Positions 23,092 through 33,775 of a DNA stretch of 45,458 bases are shown here, in pieces (positions within the stretch are counted from its first letter, which is position 1; each line of letters opens with the position of its first letter). The stretch is from Candidatus Berkelbacteria bacterium (GTDB lineage Bacteria > Patescibacteriota > UBA1384 > VFKW01): positions 1 through 45,458 of the forward strand of contig VFKW01000035.1 of assembly GCA_009885355.1 (NCBI GenBank). The letters are read 5' to 3'. A program made the position numbers and the translations under genes. Below the pieces are notes generated by a model. That model was not told where the DNA came from and ran no database searches. It saw only the letters and a list, made by a program, of their open reading frames with translations.

Positions 23092-24591
23092 ATGGCTAAT
23101 CTAAAAACGACTGTAAGTTTTGAGCAATCATTTAAAAATATCGACAATATACTTCACACCGATTCTGGTTGCGGCACTGAGCTTGATTATGTCGAGCAGA
23201 CTTCCTGGATTTTATTTTTGAAGTATTTAGATGACCTTGAAGAATCTAAAAAAACGGAAGCGGCTCTGGCGGGAAAATCATATGAGTATATTTTGTCTCC
23301 AGTGTATCGTTGGAATTCTTGGGCTTGCCCCAAAATTTTTGATAGTAAGTTAGACCATAATAAAGCCCTGGATGGTGATGATCTGAAAGAATTTGTAAAC
23401 GGTGATCTCTTCAACTATCTTAAAAAATTTAAAGCTGATGACCCAGATACAATTATTTATAAAATAGGTGAAATTTTTCATGAATTAAAAAACAAAATCT
23501 CCAGTGGATATAAATTAAGGGAAATTCTAAATATTGTTGATGGTATGCATTTTCGACTTCATGAAGAGAAACATGAACTTTCACATCTTTACGAGTCAAA
23601 AATTAAGAACATGGGAAATGCCGGTCGAAATGGTGGCGAATATTACACGCCTCGACCGCTTATCAAGACAATAGTCAAAGTAGTGGCGCCAAAGATCGGC
23701 GACACAATCTACGACGGAGCCTGTGGTAGTGCGGGATTCTTGGTAGAAGCATATAATTATCTCACGCAAAACCAATCTCAGCTTTCTTCAAGTCAGATGG
23801 AAAAACTTCAAACTAAAACTTTTTATGGTAAAGAAATAAAATCGCTTGCATATATTATCGGAATTATGAATATGATCTTACATGGAATAGAAGCGCCAAA
23901 TATTGAACATGTAAATACTTTAGCCAAGAATATCAATGATATTGAAGAAAAACATCGTTACGATATTGTTTTAGCTAATCCACCGTTTGGCGCAGGCATT
24001 GGTCGAGAAATCCAGCAGAATTTCCCAATAAAAACAGGTGAAACAGCTTTTCTCTTTCTCCAGCATTTCATTAAAATATTGAGAGCCGGAGGCAAGGCAG
24101 GTATAGTAATTAAAAATACTTTTCTATCAAACACTGACAATGCTTCGGTCTCACTCCGTAAGCTTCTCTTGGAAAATTGTAACCTTCATACTGTGCTTGA
24201 TTTGCCGGGCGGTGCTTTTCAAGGTGCAGGTGTAAAAACCGTAGTGCTGTTTTTTGAAAAAGGCGCGCCCACAAAAAAAGTTTGGTATTATCAACTCAAT
24301 CTAGCTCGCAATCTTGGCAAAGGCAACCCTCTAAATGAAATTGACCTAGCGGAATTCGTAGAACTTCAAAAAATCAGATCAGACAGCGGCAACAGCTGGT
24401 CGATAGATATATGTAATATTGATCAAAAAACATTTGACCTCTCTGTCAAAAACCCAAATAGAGAAGATAATAAAAAAACACGAGAACCCGGCAATATAAC
24501 TAAGGAAATCCAAGAGCTAGATGCTACAAGTAGTGATATCATTAAAAAAATATCAAATCTAATTAGTCAGGAAAATAATGAAACTTATTAA
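23092..24591 (+). CDS. hsdM: Type I R-M N6-adenine methyltransferase
   Basis: GEYYTPR, DGACGSAGFL and LANPPF. Confidence 0.95.
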   Translation: MANLKTTVSFEQSFKNIDNILHTDSGCGTELDYVEQTSWILFLKYLDDLEESKKTEAALAGKSYEYILSPVYRWNSWACPKIFDSKLDHNKALDGDDLKEFVNGDLFNYLKKFKADDPDTIIYKIGEIFHELKNKISSGYKLREILNIVDGMHFRLHEEKHELSHLYESKIKNMGNAGRNGGEYYTPRPLIKTIVKVVAPKIGDTIYDGACGSAGFLVEAYNYLTQNQSQLSSSQMEKLQTKTFYGKEIKSLAYIIGIMNMILHGIEAPNIEHVNTLAKNINDIEEKHRYDIVLANPPFGAGIGREIQQNFPIKTGETAFLFLQHFIKILRAGGKAGIVIKNTFLSNTDNASVSLRKLLLENCNLHTVLDLPGGAFQGAGVKTVVLFFEKGAPTKKVWYYQLNLARNLGKGNPLNEIDLAEFVELQKIRSDSGNSWSIDICNIDQKTFDLSVKNPNREDNKKTREPGNITKEIQELDATSSDIIKKISNLISQENNETY

Positions 24592-26005
24592 AGTTAGAAT
24601 TAAAAATTATAGAAGTGTTGAAGAGCTAGCTTTTGAAATTAAACCTCTTGATGATAGAACATTTACTTATGGATTAATAGGAGTTAATGAGGCGGGGAAA
24701 TCAACGATTTTAAAAGCGCTCGCCTTGAAGGACAAGCTTAAAAACGAAAGGGGGGAACCCCTACCTCACTTAAAAGATTTTAAAAATCCTCTAGATCCTA
24801 TTGAAATAATTTATGATTACGAATTAGATTCTGTCGAGGTTAAAGAATGTAAGGATTATTTGGCTAAAGAAAAAGAGACAATCATTTTAGATGGGGTAAC
24901 CTTTAGTTCTATTCAATTAGATATAGTTTTTAACCCTGAGTCACCTAATGAACCTTTGCCAATTTTAAGCATCTCAGATTTATCAGAAACTGAGTCTCGA
25001 GAAGAAATAGAATTAGCCTTAACAGAACACATTTTAAACAAAATGCACAAATCAATCTTCTGGACAGCTGAAGACCGATATTTATTATCACAGCCGATAA
25101 ATTTATCAACTTTTGCAAGTGACCCAGATATAATTTCAATCCCTTTAAGAAATTGCTTTGCGCTAGCAGGAATTAACGGTCAAGCTGAAATTGCAAGGAA
25201 AATTTCTATGATATCTGATTCGACAGAAAGAGAATATTTGGAAGACATTCTAGGTGAAAAAGTTACTGAACATATTCAAACTGCTTGGCCAATGCATAGA
25301 ATAAAGATTACATTTGATATATCAGATGGTTTGATAAATTTTCACATTCATGACCTTGAGGCGAAAGAGAGGGCAAAAACTGCCGATCAGAGAAGCGATG
25401 GATTCAAGCAATTTATTTCTTTCTTACTAACGATTTCTGCTGAAAATAAAAGTAATGTGTTGCGCCAGTCGATTCTTTTATTGGATGAGCCAGAAACACA
25501 CCTCCACCCTCAGGCGCAAGAAGACTTGCTAAAAGAACTTACTGATATAACGAATAATGATCGAGATAATATTGTATTTTTTGCAACTCACTCAAATTAT
25601 ATGATTGACAAAGATGACCTAAGCCGAAATTATCGAATTACTAAAATTGGCGGTAAAACCGAAAAGATCCAACTTGATAAAAAAAATTCTACATACGCTA
25701 GTGTTACCTATGAAGCTTTTGAAATTTCAAGTACCGATTATCATAACCAGCTATACGATACTCTTCGAGAAAAATATGCCTCTAATATTAATAAAGACCT
25801 CGACGGAGTTAGTATCTTGGAATTTGATAGATTTTTAATACAAGATAAAAAATTAAAAGCATCTTTCCCATTTAAAAACAAAGACAATTGGGTAGCACTG
25901 CCGACATATGTCCGTAATGCAATACATTATCCAGCAAATAAAGATAAAAATTTTGATAAGCATCTAAAAGAATCCATTGACTTAATGAGATCGTATGAAG
26001 AATAA
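24578..26005 (+). CDS. ABC/AAA_15-type ATPase embedded in the R-M operon, possible HEPN-like C-terminus
   Basis: IKNYRS, Walker A GVNEAGKST, signature RSDG, Walker B LLLDEPE..LHP, H-loop ATHS and C-terminal YVRNAIHYP. Confidence 0.8.
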   Translation: MKLIKVRIKNYRSVEELAFEIKPLDDRTFTYGLIGVNEAGKSTILKALALKDKLKNERGEPLPHLKDFKNPLDPIEIIYDYELDSVEVKECKDYLAKEKETIILDGVTFSSIQLDIVFNPESPNEPLPILSISDLSETESREEIELALTEHILNKMHKSIFWTAEDRYLLSQPINLSTFASDPDIISIPLRNCFALAGINGQAEIARKISMISDSTEREYLEDILGEKVTEHIQTAWPMHRIKITFDISDGLINFHIHDLEAKERAKTADQRSDGFKQFISFLLTISAENKSNVLRQSILLLDEPETHLHPQAQEDLLKELTDITNNDRDNIVFFATHSNYMIDKDDLSRNYRITKIGGKTEKIQLDKKNSTYASVTYEAFEISSTDYHNQLYDTLREKYASNINKDLDGVSILEFDRFLIQDKKLKASFPFKNKDNWVALPTYVRNAIHYPANKDKNFDKHLKESIDLMRSYEE

Positions 26006-27164
26006 TTGGCATAATAAAAAAATCAGAGATGTATGTAAGGTAATCGCTGGCCAATCACCAGAGGGAAAATTTTACAATACCCAGGGTGATGGATTACCTT
26101 TTTATCAAGGCAAAAAGGAGTTCGGCAAAAAACATATTGGACCGCCTAAAGTATGGACAACTTATACTACAAAAGAGGCGTATCAAGGAGATATTTTAAT
26201 GTCAGTGCGTGCGCCAGTCGGTCCAGTAAATTACGCAACAGAAAAAATTTGCATCGGCCGGGGGCTTGCTGTAATCAGAGCAAACGAAAAAATATTACCT
26301 GAATTTCTTTTTTACTTCCTAACGTTTAACGAAAATAAAATTTCCTGCAACATTGGCGCTGTTTTCCCTTCAATAAACAAAGCTCAAATAGGAAATATTG
26401 AAATTTCTATCCCCCCCATTGAAGAACAGAAAAGAATTGTGAAAATTTTGGACGAGGTTTTTGAAAATATTGCCAAAGCGAAAGAAAATACTGAAAAAAA
26501 TCTTCAGAATACTAAAGAACTTTTTGAGTCGTACTTGCAGAGTGTTTTTGCAAATTCTGAGAATAATTGGGAAGAGGAAACTCTTGGCAATGTTAGTGAA
26601 CTAGTATCAAGAGGCGTTTCGCCTAAATATATTGAATTGAATGGACTCTGTGTTTTAAATCAAAAATGCATACGAGACCATAAAATAAATTTTGCTTTTT
26701 CTCGACTTCATGATCTTGAAAACAAAAGTGTTAGTGTTGAAAAATATATTCAAACTGGTGATGTATTAGTTAACTCAACTGGTACAGGTACGCTTGGCAG
26801 AGTAGCGCAAGTTAGGGAGATGGGTACAAATGCTACCGTTGATTCTCATATCACAATTGTTCGGCCAATAAAAAATCTATTTTATAATGAGTTTTTTGGT
26901 TGGGTGCTTGTGCATATTGAAGAGGAAATTGCAAAAAGAGGCCATGGCTGTGGAGGACAAACGGAATTAGCAAGGAATACATTGAAAAATGATTTTAAAA
27001 TTTCTTATCCAAAATCTTTTTCCGAACAAAAAACTATAGTTGTAAAACTTGATTCCCTTTCTGAGCAAACAAAAAAACTTAAAGAAACTTACAAAAAAAA
27101 ACTTGAATTATTAGATGAGCTGAAAAAATCTATTCTTAAAAAAGCGTTTGACGGAAAATTATAA
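25995..27164 (+). CDS. hsdS: Type I R-M specificity subunit
   Basis: Two TRDs (GQSP..VRAPVG..IGRG; RGVSP..STGTGTLGR), PPIEEQKRIV and LKKSILKKAFDGKL. Confidence 0.93.
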   Translation: MKNNWHNKKIRDVCKVIAGQSPEGKFYNTQGDGLPFYQGKKEFGKKHIGPPKVWTTYTTKEAYQGDILMSVRAPVGPVNYATEKICIGRGLAVIRANEKILPEFLFYFLTFNENKISCNIGAVFPSINKAQIGNIEISIPPIEEQKRIVKILDEVFENIAKAKENTEKNLQNTKELFESYLQSVFANSENNWEEETLGNVSELVSRGVSPKYIELNGLCVLNQKCIRDHKINFAFSRLHDLENKSVSVEKYIQTGDVLVNSTGTGTLGRVAQVREMGTNATVDSHITIVRPIKNLFYNEFFGWVLVHIEEEIAKRGHGCGGQTELARNTLKNDFKISYPKSFSEQKTIVVKLDSLSEQTKKLKETYKKKLELLDELKKSILKKAFDGKL

Positions 27165-27173
27165 GGGGTAAAA

Positions 27174-29519
27174 ATGAATGAAGCAGAGACACGAGCGGAA
27201 TATATTGATCCAAAACTAAAATCTAGCGGCTGGGGCGAAATCGAAGGATCAAAAGTTCTGCGTGAATTTCGTATAACCGACGGCAAGATACAAACTGGCG
27301 GAATGCGTGGCAAGCCGGAAATTGCCGACTATATTTTGGTCTATAAAAATCATAAGATTGGCGTGATTGAAGCTAAGGCGGAGAATTTATCAGCGACTGA
27401 AGGCGTAGCTCAGGCCCAATCATATGCCGATAAATTAAAAATTGATTACACTTACTCCACCAATGGCAAAGAAATCTATGAAATAAATATGAAAACCGGG
27501 AAAGAATGGTCTCCTGAAAGGTTCCCGACTCCAGATGAATTATGGAACGCCACCTTCTCAGATCGAAATGATTGGAAAGAAAAATTTATCAATATACCTA
27601 ATGAAGGCGAATACGGTAAACGTTATTACCAGGAAATTGCTATTAATAATGTGTTGAGTGCGATTACAGAAGATAAAAAAAGAATTCTCTTAACTATGGC
27701 GACTGGCACTGGAAAAACAGCAGTTGCATTTCAGATTGCCTGGAAACTTTTTCAAACACGCTGGAATTTAAAACATGATGGCTCTCGCCGTCCGAGGATA
27801 TTGTTTTTAGCAGACAGAAATATTCTAGCCGACCAAGCATTTAATGCTTTTTCAGCTTTTGATAAAGATGCGCTTATTCGGATTAACCCATTAGATATTC
27901 GCAAAAAAGGCGGCGTGCCAATGAGCGGAAGTGTTTATTTCACAATATTTCAAACCTTTATGAGCGGTAAAAACGGATCATCATACTTTGGCGAATACCC
28001 AACAGATTTTTTTGATTTTATTATTATTGATGAGTGCCACCGAGGTGGTGCAAATGATGAGGGAAATTGGCGTGGGATTTTAGATTATTTTTCTCCTGCA
28101 GTTCAACTTGGTCTTACTGCCACGCCAAAGCGCCAAGATAACGCTGATACATATAAGTATTTTGGTGATCCTGTTTACACCTATTCACTTAAAGAAGGTG
28201 TAAACGATGGCTTTTTAACTCCCTTCAAAGTGAAAAGAATCCAAACAACATTAGATCAGTATATCTATACATCCGACGATCAAGTTATTGAGGGTGAAGT
28301 GGAAGAAGGCAAAATTTATGAGGAAGATGATTTTGCCCAGGGCAATATTCAGATATTAGAAAGAGAACGAAATAGGGTACGGATAATTCTTGATGAGATA
28401 AACCAAAATGAAAAAACGATTATTTTTTGCGCTACTCAAGGGCATGCATTATTGGTTCGTGACCTCATAAATCAATTAAAAAAGAGTAAGGATCCGTATT
28501 ATTGTGTAAGGGTAACCGCCAACGACGGATTTCGGGGTGAGCAATTTTTACGAGAATTCCAAGATAATGAAAAGACGATCCCAACTATTCTGACAACTTC
28601 ACAAAAACTTTCCACCGGTGTGGATGCTCGTAATATTCGAAATATCGTTTTAATGAGACCTGTGAATTCTATGATTGAATTCAAACAAATTATCGGTCGT
28701 GGTACAAGACTTTTCGACGGTAAAGAATATTTTACAATTTACGATTTTGTTGATGCTTATCACCATTTCCTTGACAAAGAATGGGACGGAGAACCTATAG
28801 ATGAGATTTGTTTAAAATGTGGCCAAGATCCGTGTATGTGTGAAGATAAGCCACCTAAAGAGCCAACATACCAACGGCCCCCGAAGCCATGTTCTAAATG
28901 TGGGAAAAATCCTTGTGAGTGCATAGTTGAACCGCCTGGCCAAAAATTAAAAATTAAATTGCGTGATGGTAAAGAAAGAGAAATTCAGCATATGATTTCA
29001 ACATCATTCTGGGATGTGAGCGGTAAACCTATTTCAGAGGAAGAGTTCATGCAAAATATGCTTGGAGACATGCCTGAATTTATAGAAAATGAGGGAGAGC
29101 TGAGAGAAATTTGGTCTGACCCAATAACTCGTATGGAATTTTTAGGGAAGATTGCCGAAATCGGATACGGTAAAGACGAATTAGAAACATTACAAAAGGT
29201 AGTAAATGCCGAAAAATCTGATCTATTCGATGTATTTAATTATATTTTATTTTGTGTGCCAAAAGTATTAAGGACAGAAAGAGTAGAGAAATCTAAAAAT
29301 AAGATCTTAGACAAATTAGATATTAAACAAAAAGAATTTATAGAGTTCGTCTTGGAAAAATATATTGAAAAAGGTGTCGAGGAATTAGATGAAGAAAAAC
29401 TGCCGATATTGTTAAATTTGAAATATCACGCAATCGCAAATGCAGAACAGGAACTAGGTAGTGTAGAGAATATTCGCTCAACATTCTTCGAATTTCAGAA
29501 AAATTTGTATGCTAGATAA
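27174..29519 (+). CDS. hsdR: Type I R-M restriction subunit (EcoAI/EcoEI-like)
   Basis: Nuclease ADY..IEAK, MATGTGKT, DECHRG, GLTATP and QIIGRGTR. Confidence 0.94.
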   Translation: MNEAETRAEYIDPKLKSSGWGEIEGSKVLREFRITDGKIQTGGMRGKPEIADYILVYKNHKIGVIEAKAENLSATEGVAQAQSYADKLKIDYTYSTNGKEIYEINMKTGKEWSPERFPTPDELWNATFSDRNDWKEKFINIPNEGEYGKRYYQEIAINNVLSAITEDKKRILLTMATGTGKTAVAFQIAWKLFQTRWNLKHDGSRRPRILFLADRNILADQAFNAFSAFDKDALIRINPLDIRKKGGVPMSGSVYFTIFQTFMSGKNGSSYFGEYPTDFFDFIIIDECHRGGANDEGNWRGILDYFSPAVQLGLTATPKRQDNADTYKYFGDPVYTYSLKEGVNDGFLTPFKVKRIQTTLDQYIYTSDDQVIEGEVEEGKIYEEDDFAQGNIQILERERNRVRIILDEINQNEKTIIFCATQGHALLVRDLINQLKKSKDPYYCVRVTANDGFRGEQFLREFQDNEKTIPTILTTSQKLSTGVDARNIRNIVLMRPVNSMIEFKQIIGRGTRLFDGKEYFTIYDFVDAYHHFLDKEWDGEPIDEICLKCGQDPCMCEDKPPKEPTYQRPPKPCSKCGKNPCECIVEPPGQKLKIKLRDGKEREIQHMISTSFWDVSGKPISEEEFMQNMLGDMPEFIENEGELREIWSDPITRMEFLGKIAEIGYGKDELETLQKVVNAEKSDLFDVFNYILFCVPKVLRTERVEKSKNKILDKLDIKQKEFIEFVLEKYIEKGVEELDEEKLPILLNLKYHAIANAEQELGSVENIRSTFFEFQKNLYAR

Positions 29520-29549
29520 TACTAATTAAATACTTTACAAGGAGCTGAA

Positions 29550-30122
29550 ATGTGGTTTAAGAAAAAAAGTCAACTTACTAAATCTAAATGTGGAGAAATT
29601 ACTTTTGATTTCTACAATAGCTATTATTTATTTAAATGTGACATCCCAGAAAATGATGATAAAAACGTATATTTGACAGCATGTTTCATTGCTATGTGTA
29701 GAATAGAAAAAGAGCTTTGTGAAGAAACATACAGCATCGTTAGTTCTTTTTTGGTTAATTCAATGCTCAATCCGATCAAGAATCCAGATAAATATCTTTA
29801 TAAATTTTATGATGCCCTCGAAGGAAGACTGACAATTAAACAATTAAAAGAAATAAACACTCTCGGGCATTCTGTTACTTCGATTGAAGTACCATTAACC
29901 GAAACAAAGAAGAAACCGGAAACTCCTTTTATAACTCAATGTAAAATTGGCATTTACAAAACAGAAGAAGGGTTGGAGACAAAATATTTAAATACCAACA
30001 AAAAACTCGACTATATATTAATGCCGATAGTAATTACTAGGCTGTTTGTTTACATCCAAAATATTCTACCAGTTGAAGACAGAGATATTTTTTATAAAAC
30101 AACCACTGATTTTATAGATTAA
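29550..30122 (+). CDS. Hypothetical protein
   Basis: 190-aa ORF with an AAGGAG RBS, 30 bp after hsdR. No recognisable motif. Confidence 0.6.
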   Translation: MWFKKKSQLTKSKCGEITFDFYNSYYLFKCDIPENDDKNVYLTACFIAMCRIEKELCEETYSIVSSFLVNSMLNPIKNPDKYLYKFYDALEGRLTIKQLKEINTLGHSVTSIEVPLTETKKKPETPFITQCKIGIYKTEEGLETKYLNTNKKLDYILMPIVITRLFVYIQNILPVEDRDIFYKTTTDFID

Positions 30123-30197
30123 CCTTAAGATTACGAAAAGTAAATAGGGGACAGTCCCCTATTTATCATCGGATTTATAAGGTGATAAGGATCTACT

Positions 30198-30932
30198 ATG
30201 AACCCGCCAGATTTTACCTTAGACAAAATTAAATTTGCAACAGATGAATCGACTTTTGACAAAGCGGCTGTTTTATATTCCAAAGGTAAGGTAACCCAAA
30301 TAACGGAAGGAATAAGATCATACTCGGGAATTGTACTAGGCACCAAACCCTATCGAGTATCAGTCGAGGCACGAGATTTTAGATATGCCACATGTGACTG
30401 TTATTTAGGGAAAAGGGATACTTTATGCAAGCACATGATTGCCTTGGCATTATATGTCGTTAAAGACGGTAAGCCATTATCCGACGGAGAAGCTAAATCA
30501 ATTTCAACACCAAGTTGCAGCGGAATAGCCCGTCCAATATCTGATGAAGAGTTGGCCGAATCTAAAGAGCAAGTAGCCAAAGCGATGCGATATATAAAAC
30601 CATATAACGGCCCATCGAGAACTTGGGAAGCTAGCCAAAACTCACTTGAAGAAGGATGCAAAAGACTATCGGTAATAATAACAGAATTACCTGTTACCCA
30701 AGATATGGCAAAATTGCTTGTTGATATGTTACTTAGACTTGATCGCAAGCTACAAACAGGCGGTGTTGATGATTCCAATGGGATTGTCGGTGGATTTATC
30801 CAAGAAGCCGTCACCATATTACTGGAATTTGCACGTCTCGATCCGACTTGTAAAAAAGCCTTTTCTAAGTTGGCTACTGCAAGTACTTGTTTCGGCTGGG
30901 AAGAGCCCCTGGTCCAGTTAATCGAAAACTAA
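30198..30932 (+). CDS. SWIM zinc-finger protein
   Basis: V.GTKPYRV...CDC......CKH and DDSNG. Resembles the YehQ-type SWIM proteins. Confidence 0.8.
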   Translation: MNPPDFTLDKIKFATDESTFDKAAVLYSKGKVTQITEGIRSYSGIVLGTKPYRVSVEARDFRYATCDCYLGKRDTLCKHMIALALYVVKDGKPLSDGEAKSISTPSCSGIARPISDEELAESKEQVAKAMRYIKPYNGPSRTWEASQNSLEEGCKRLSVIITELPVTQDMAKLLVDMLLRLDRKLQTGGVDDSNGIVGGFIQEAVTILLEFARLDPTCKKAFSKLATASTCFGWEEPLVQLIEN

Positions 30933-30937
30933 TTTAT

Positions 30938-31324
30938 TTAACATCTTGTTTGCCCCAGCAGACCCGTCACTCTTTTTACTAGTTCATCTGGCATAATATC
31001 AATTTTGAGAATATAATCGTCCGCTTTATCAGTAATTGTTTGTTCTTGTCCGCTGACAAAATTCAATGCAGTTAGGACGACAACTTTAATATCTTTTGTC
31101 TTTGGGTTATTCTTAACAATTCCCAATAATTCATCACCTTGCATCTTTGGAAGCATAATGTCTAAAAGAATAGCGTCAGGTAAATATTCTTTATTAAGCA
31201 TCTCGATCGCTTTTTCGGCTGAAGCTGCGATTTTGACTTCCCAATCGGCATATTCAAAGCGCATTTTATACATATCACTACAGCCTTTGCTGTCATCGAC
31301 GATTAATAATTTGTGAGCCACCAT
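30938..31324 (-). CDS. Single-domain response regulator (receiver)
   Basis: LIVDD, LLDIMLP.MQG, VLTA and conserved Lys. Confidence 0.92.
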   Translation of the reverse strand: MVAHKLLIVDDSKGCSDMYKMRFEYADWEVKIAASAEKAIEMLNKEYLPDAILLDIMLPKMQGDELLGIVKNNPKTKDIKVVVLTALNFVSGQEQTITDKADDYILKIDIMPDELVKRVTGLLGQTRC

Positions 31325-31359
31325 AACTCCTTATTTGAAAAATTAATCTTTTAAGTCAT

Positions 31360-32982
31360 CTACGCTGATATCCCAATTTCTTTATACTTTAATGGGAGTG
31401 AAAAGTAAAAGGTTGATCCTTTGCCTTTTGCTGAATCAAATTGAATTTTTCCACCATGGAGCTCTATGATATTTTTAGAGATAAACAATCCTAGCCCTGT
31501 ACCTTGTTGTTCCTGAGGATTATCAGGGTCAAATCTTCCAGCTTGGAAGAATTTTTCAAAGAGATGCTTTTGCTCTTCTTTTTCTATGCCAACACCAGAA
31601 TCTCCGATGGTAATAATCATATCATCATCTTTTGCCTTAGCAGTTACAGCGATTTTACCATTCTCAGTGAATTTATTAGCGTTGCTGATTAAATTTGTAA
31701 GTACCTCGGTGATCTTACTCTGGTCGATCATTATTTTAGGAAGAGATTGATTGAGGCGTATATAAGCGATAGAATTACCTTTTTCTTTAGCTTTCAATTC
31801 AAAGCCAGATACGATCGAAGAAATCAGGGAATCAATATCAGCTTCTGTGACGTTGATCTTCATACGATGCTGATCGATCCTCGCCACATTGAGAATGTCT
31901 TTTGATAATTGTGCCAGACGCTTAGTATCGGTTAATATTGGCTGTAAAAACTTTTTCTGTTCATCATTCAAATGACACATGTTTTCTTCAATCGCCATGC
32001 TTAATCTACCTTGAATTACGGTGATTGGAGTATTTAATTCGTGAGTTGCCATCTGTAGGAATTCATCTTTCATTCGGTCAAGATCGACTAATTCCCTCTT
32101 GTCTTGTTCTAATTGGTGAGTCAAATTCTGCAATTGCCTATTATGAGCAATCTCTTTTTTTACTGAAGCGATAATCAAATACCCCCCGTAAGCTACAATT
32201 ATCAATATTGATGCATTAATTATTCCTCTCCCAAGATTCTCCGATGATAATGTTTGTACTAAAAGTGCCAGAATAACTAATAGTACTGCTAATTCTGTCA
32301 CGATTACTTTGACATTTAATAATCCTCGTTCAATAATCGCGTAAGTAGTAAATACTAAAAAGATAATTACACTATATATGCCCCACTTGTAAATGTTTGG
32401 GTTATGTGTAATTACTGGCATAACTAAACTAAAAAATAATGCCAAAAAAGCGTATATCGAAAAACCCAATAAAACAACAAAAATTTGCTCCTTTCTAATG
32501 CCCTTTTCCTGTCGATAATTAACAAAAAGTTTTATAATGCTAGCAACAGCATAAGATAAAAGAAACAAAAAATACGGAATATAGAAGAAACCGGGTGAAA
32601 CTTTAAAATTTACCCCTTCATCCGGGGTTGCTTTTGCTACAAGATTCATAAAAGAAAGTATAATGAATATTAAAGGCATCACCGATAATATATGCCACCA
32701 GCTTTTATAGACATTGGGGCTGTTAGGAAAAGCTATGCTAAACATTAGAAAGAAGTAAACAACTAATGACGTGGCTGCAAACCCGATGTTTACAAAAGGC
32801 TGCACCGTATCGATGGTCAAGAATTTAGCCACTAAACTAGATGATATCCAAACTGATGCAGAAAAATTGAAAGCAAAAAATAGCCGATTGCTAATATTTT
32901 TATAATCGTTGGCTAAAACTATGCAGCCAAGTAGAAGACTTATAACTGCAATCAACGCAGTAATAATGGTATCAAAATTCAT
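31360..32982 (-). CDS. Sensor histidine kinase with multi-TM (HisKA_7TM-like) input domain
   Basis: Many TM helices, H-box ATHELNTP, N-box NLISNANKF, DSGVGI, FEKF and GTGLGL. Confidence 0.93.
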   Translation of the reverse strand: MNFDTIITALIAVISLLLGCIVLANDYKNISNRLFFAFNFSASVWISSSLVAKFLTIDTVQPFVNIGFAATSLVVYFFLMFSIAFPNSPNVYKSWWHILSVMPLIFIILSFMNLVAKATPDEGVNFKVSPGFFYIPYFLFLLSYAVASIIKLFVNYRQEKGIRKEQIFVVLLGFSIYAFLALFFSLVMPVITHNPNIYKWGIYSVIIFLVFTTYAIIERGLLNVKVIVTELAVLLVILALLVQTLSSENLGRGIINASILIIVAYGGYLIIASVKKEIAHNRQLQNLTHQLEQDKRELVDLDRMKDEFLQMATHELNTPITVIQGRLSMAIEENMCHLNDEQKKFLQPILTDTKRLAQLSKDILNVARIDQHRMKINVTEADIDSLISSIVSGFELKAKEKGNSIAYIRLNQSLPKIMIDQSKITEVLTNLISNANKFTENGKIAVTAKAKDDDMIITIGDSGVGIEKEEQKHLFEKFFQAGRFDPDNPQEQQGTGLGLFISKNIIELHGGKIQFDSAKGKGSTFYFSLPLKYKEIGISA

Positions 32983-33088
32983 AGAATTCCTATTGTTCGT
33001 TAGCGTGTTAAATTGATATGACTATGAATTAAGTATACAATAATTAATTTGATATTTACAATTTAGATAAAAAAATGGACTGACCGCA

Positions 33089-33775
33089 TTAAGCAATCAG
33101 TCCTTGAGTAACTACCATATTCTTCTCTAAATTAGGATTAAGTATTTCTACCATTGTGCTGAGACCGCAAGATCGAGGGTCTCCGCCTCCTTCAACATAA
33201 TCCTTGAATATTATAGGAGGCTCAATGGATACAAGGCCATAATTACCCAGAACTCGAAGCTCCGGATCTAATGGTCTTTCGTTTCTTTGGCTACGCACAT
33301 ACTCTTCAGGACTCATACTCTCCTGAAAACGTTGATAGCCAGGGATTCTGGTCATAAATCGACAGCCTCGCTTCCTATTAGCAACCATATAGTCGTAAAG
33401 GAAACTAATCAGGCTTTCGGTCATGCCGGCTCGGCAGCCCTTAGGCGTTACTGCGAGACCAACTCCATGAAGCCATTCACCGTATGGGTTATGGGTTCTT
33501 GTGAAGTGGCCGGAATCAGTTGCTTCATCCCAAGTCGGACGAAGGATGGTATCATCGTTTGCAAGCTGCACGGAAACATATCCTTCGATGCATCCGTCGA
33601 TCTCACCTACCACTATCCCGCATTCCGGAAAAGTGGTTATTCGATCGATGAACATCTGTCTGTTTCCTTGCCAGACGCCCTTCCACGCCTGATCACAAAC
33701 ACGTATGACATCATCAATATCTGCCACCACAGCCGGTCTTACTTTCCTGTTCATTTGATTCACCTCGACTCCCAC
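33089..33775 (-). CDS. GNAT-fold acyltransferase (YkwB-like)
   Basis: FPE..VVGEIDG...WDEATDSG...THNP.G..L.G..LAV, RIPGY, EEYV and DPELR. Confidence 0.7.
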   Translation of the reverse strand: MGVEVNQMNRKVRPAVVADIDDVIRVCDQAWKGVWQGNRQMFIDRITTFPECGIVVGEIDGCIEGYVSVQLANDDTILRPTWDEATDSGHFTRTHNPYGEWLHGVGLAVTPKGCRAGMTESLISFLYDYMVANRKRGCRFMTRIPGYQRFQESMSPEEYVRSQRNERPLDPELRVLGNYGLVSIEPPIIFKDYVEGGGDPRSCGLSTMVEILNPNLEKNMVVTQGLIA

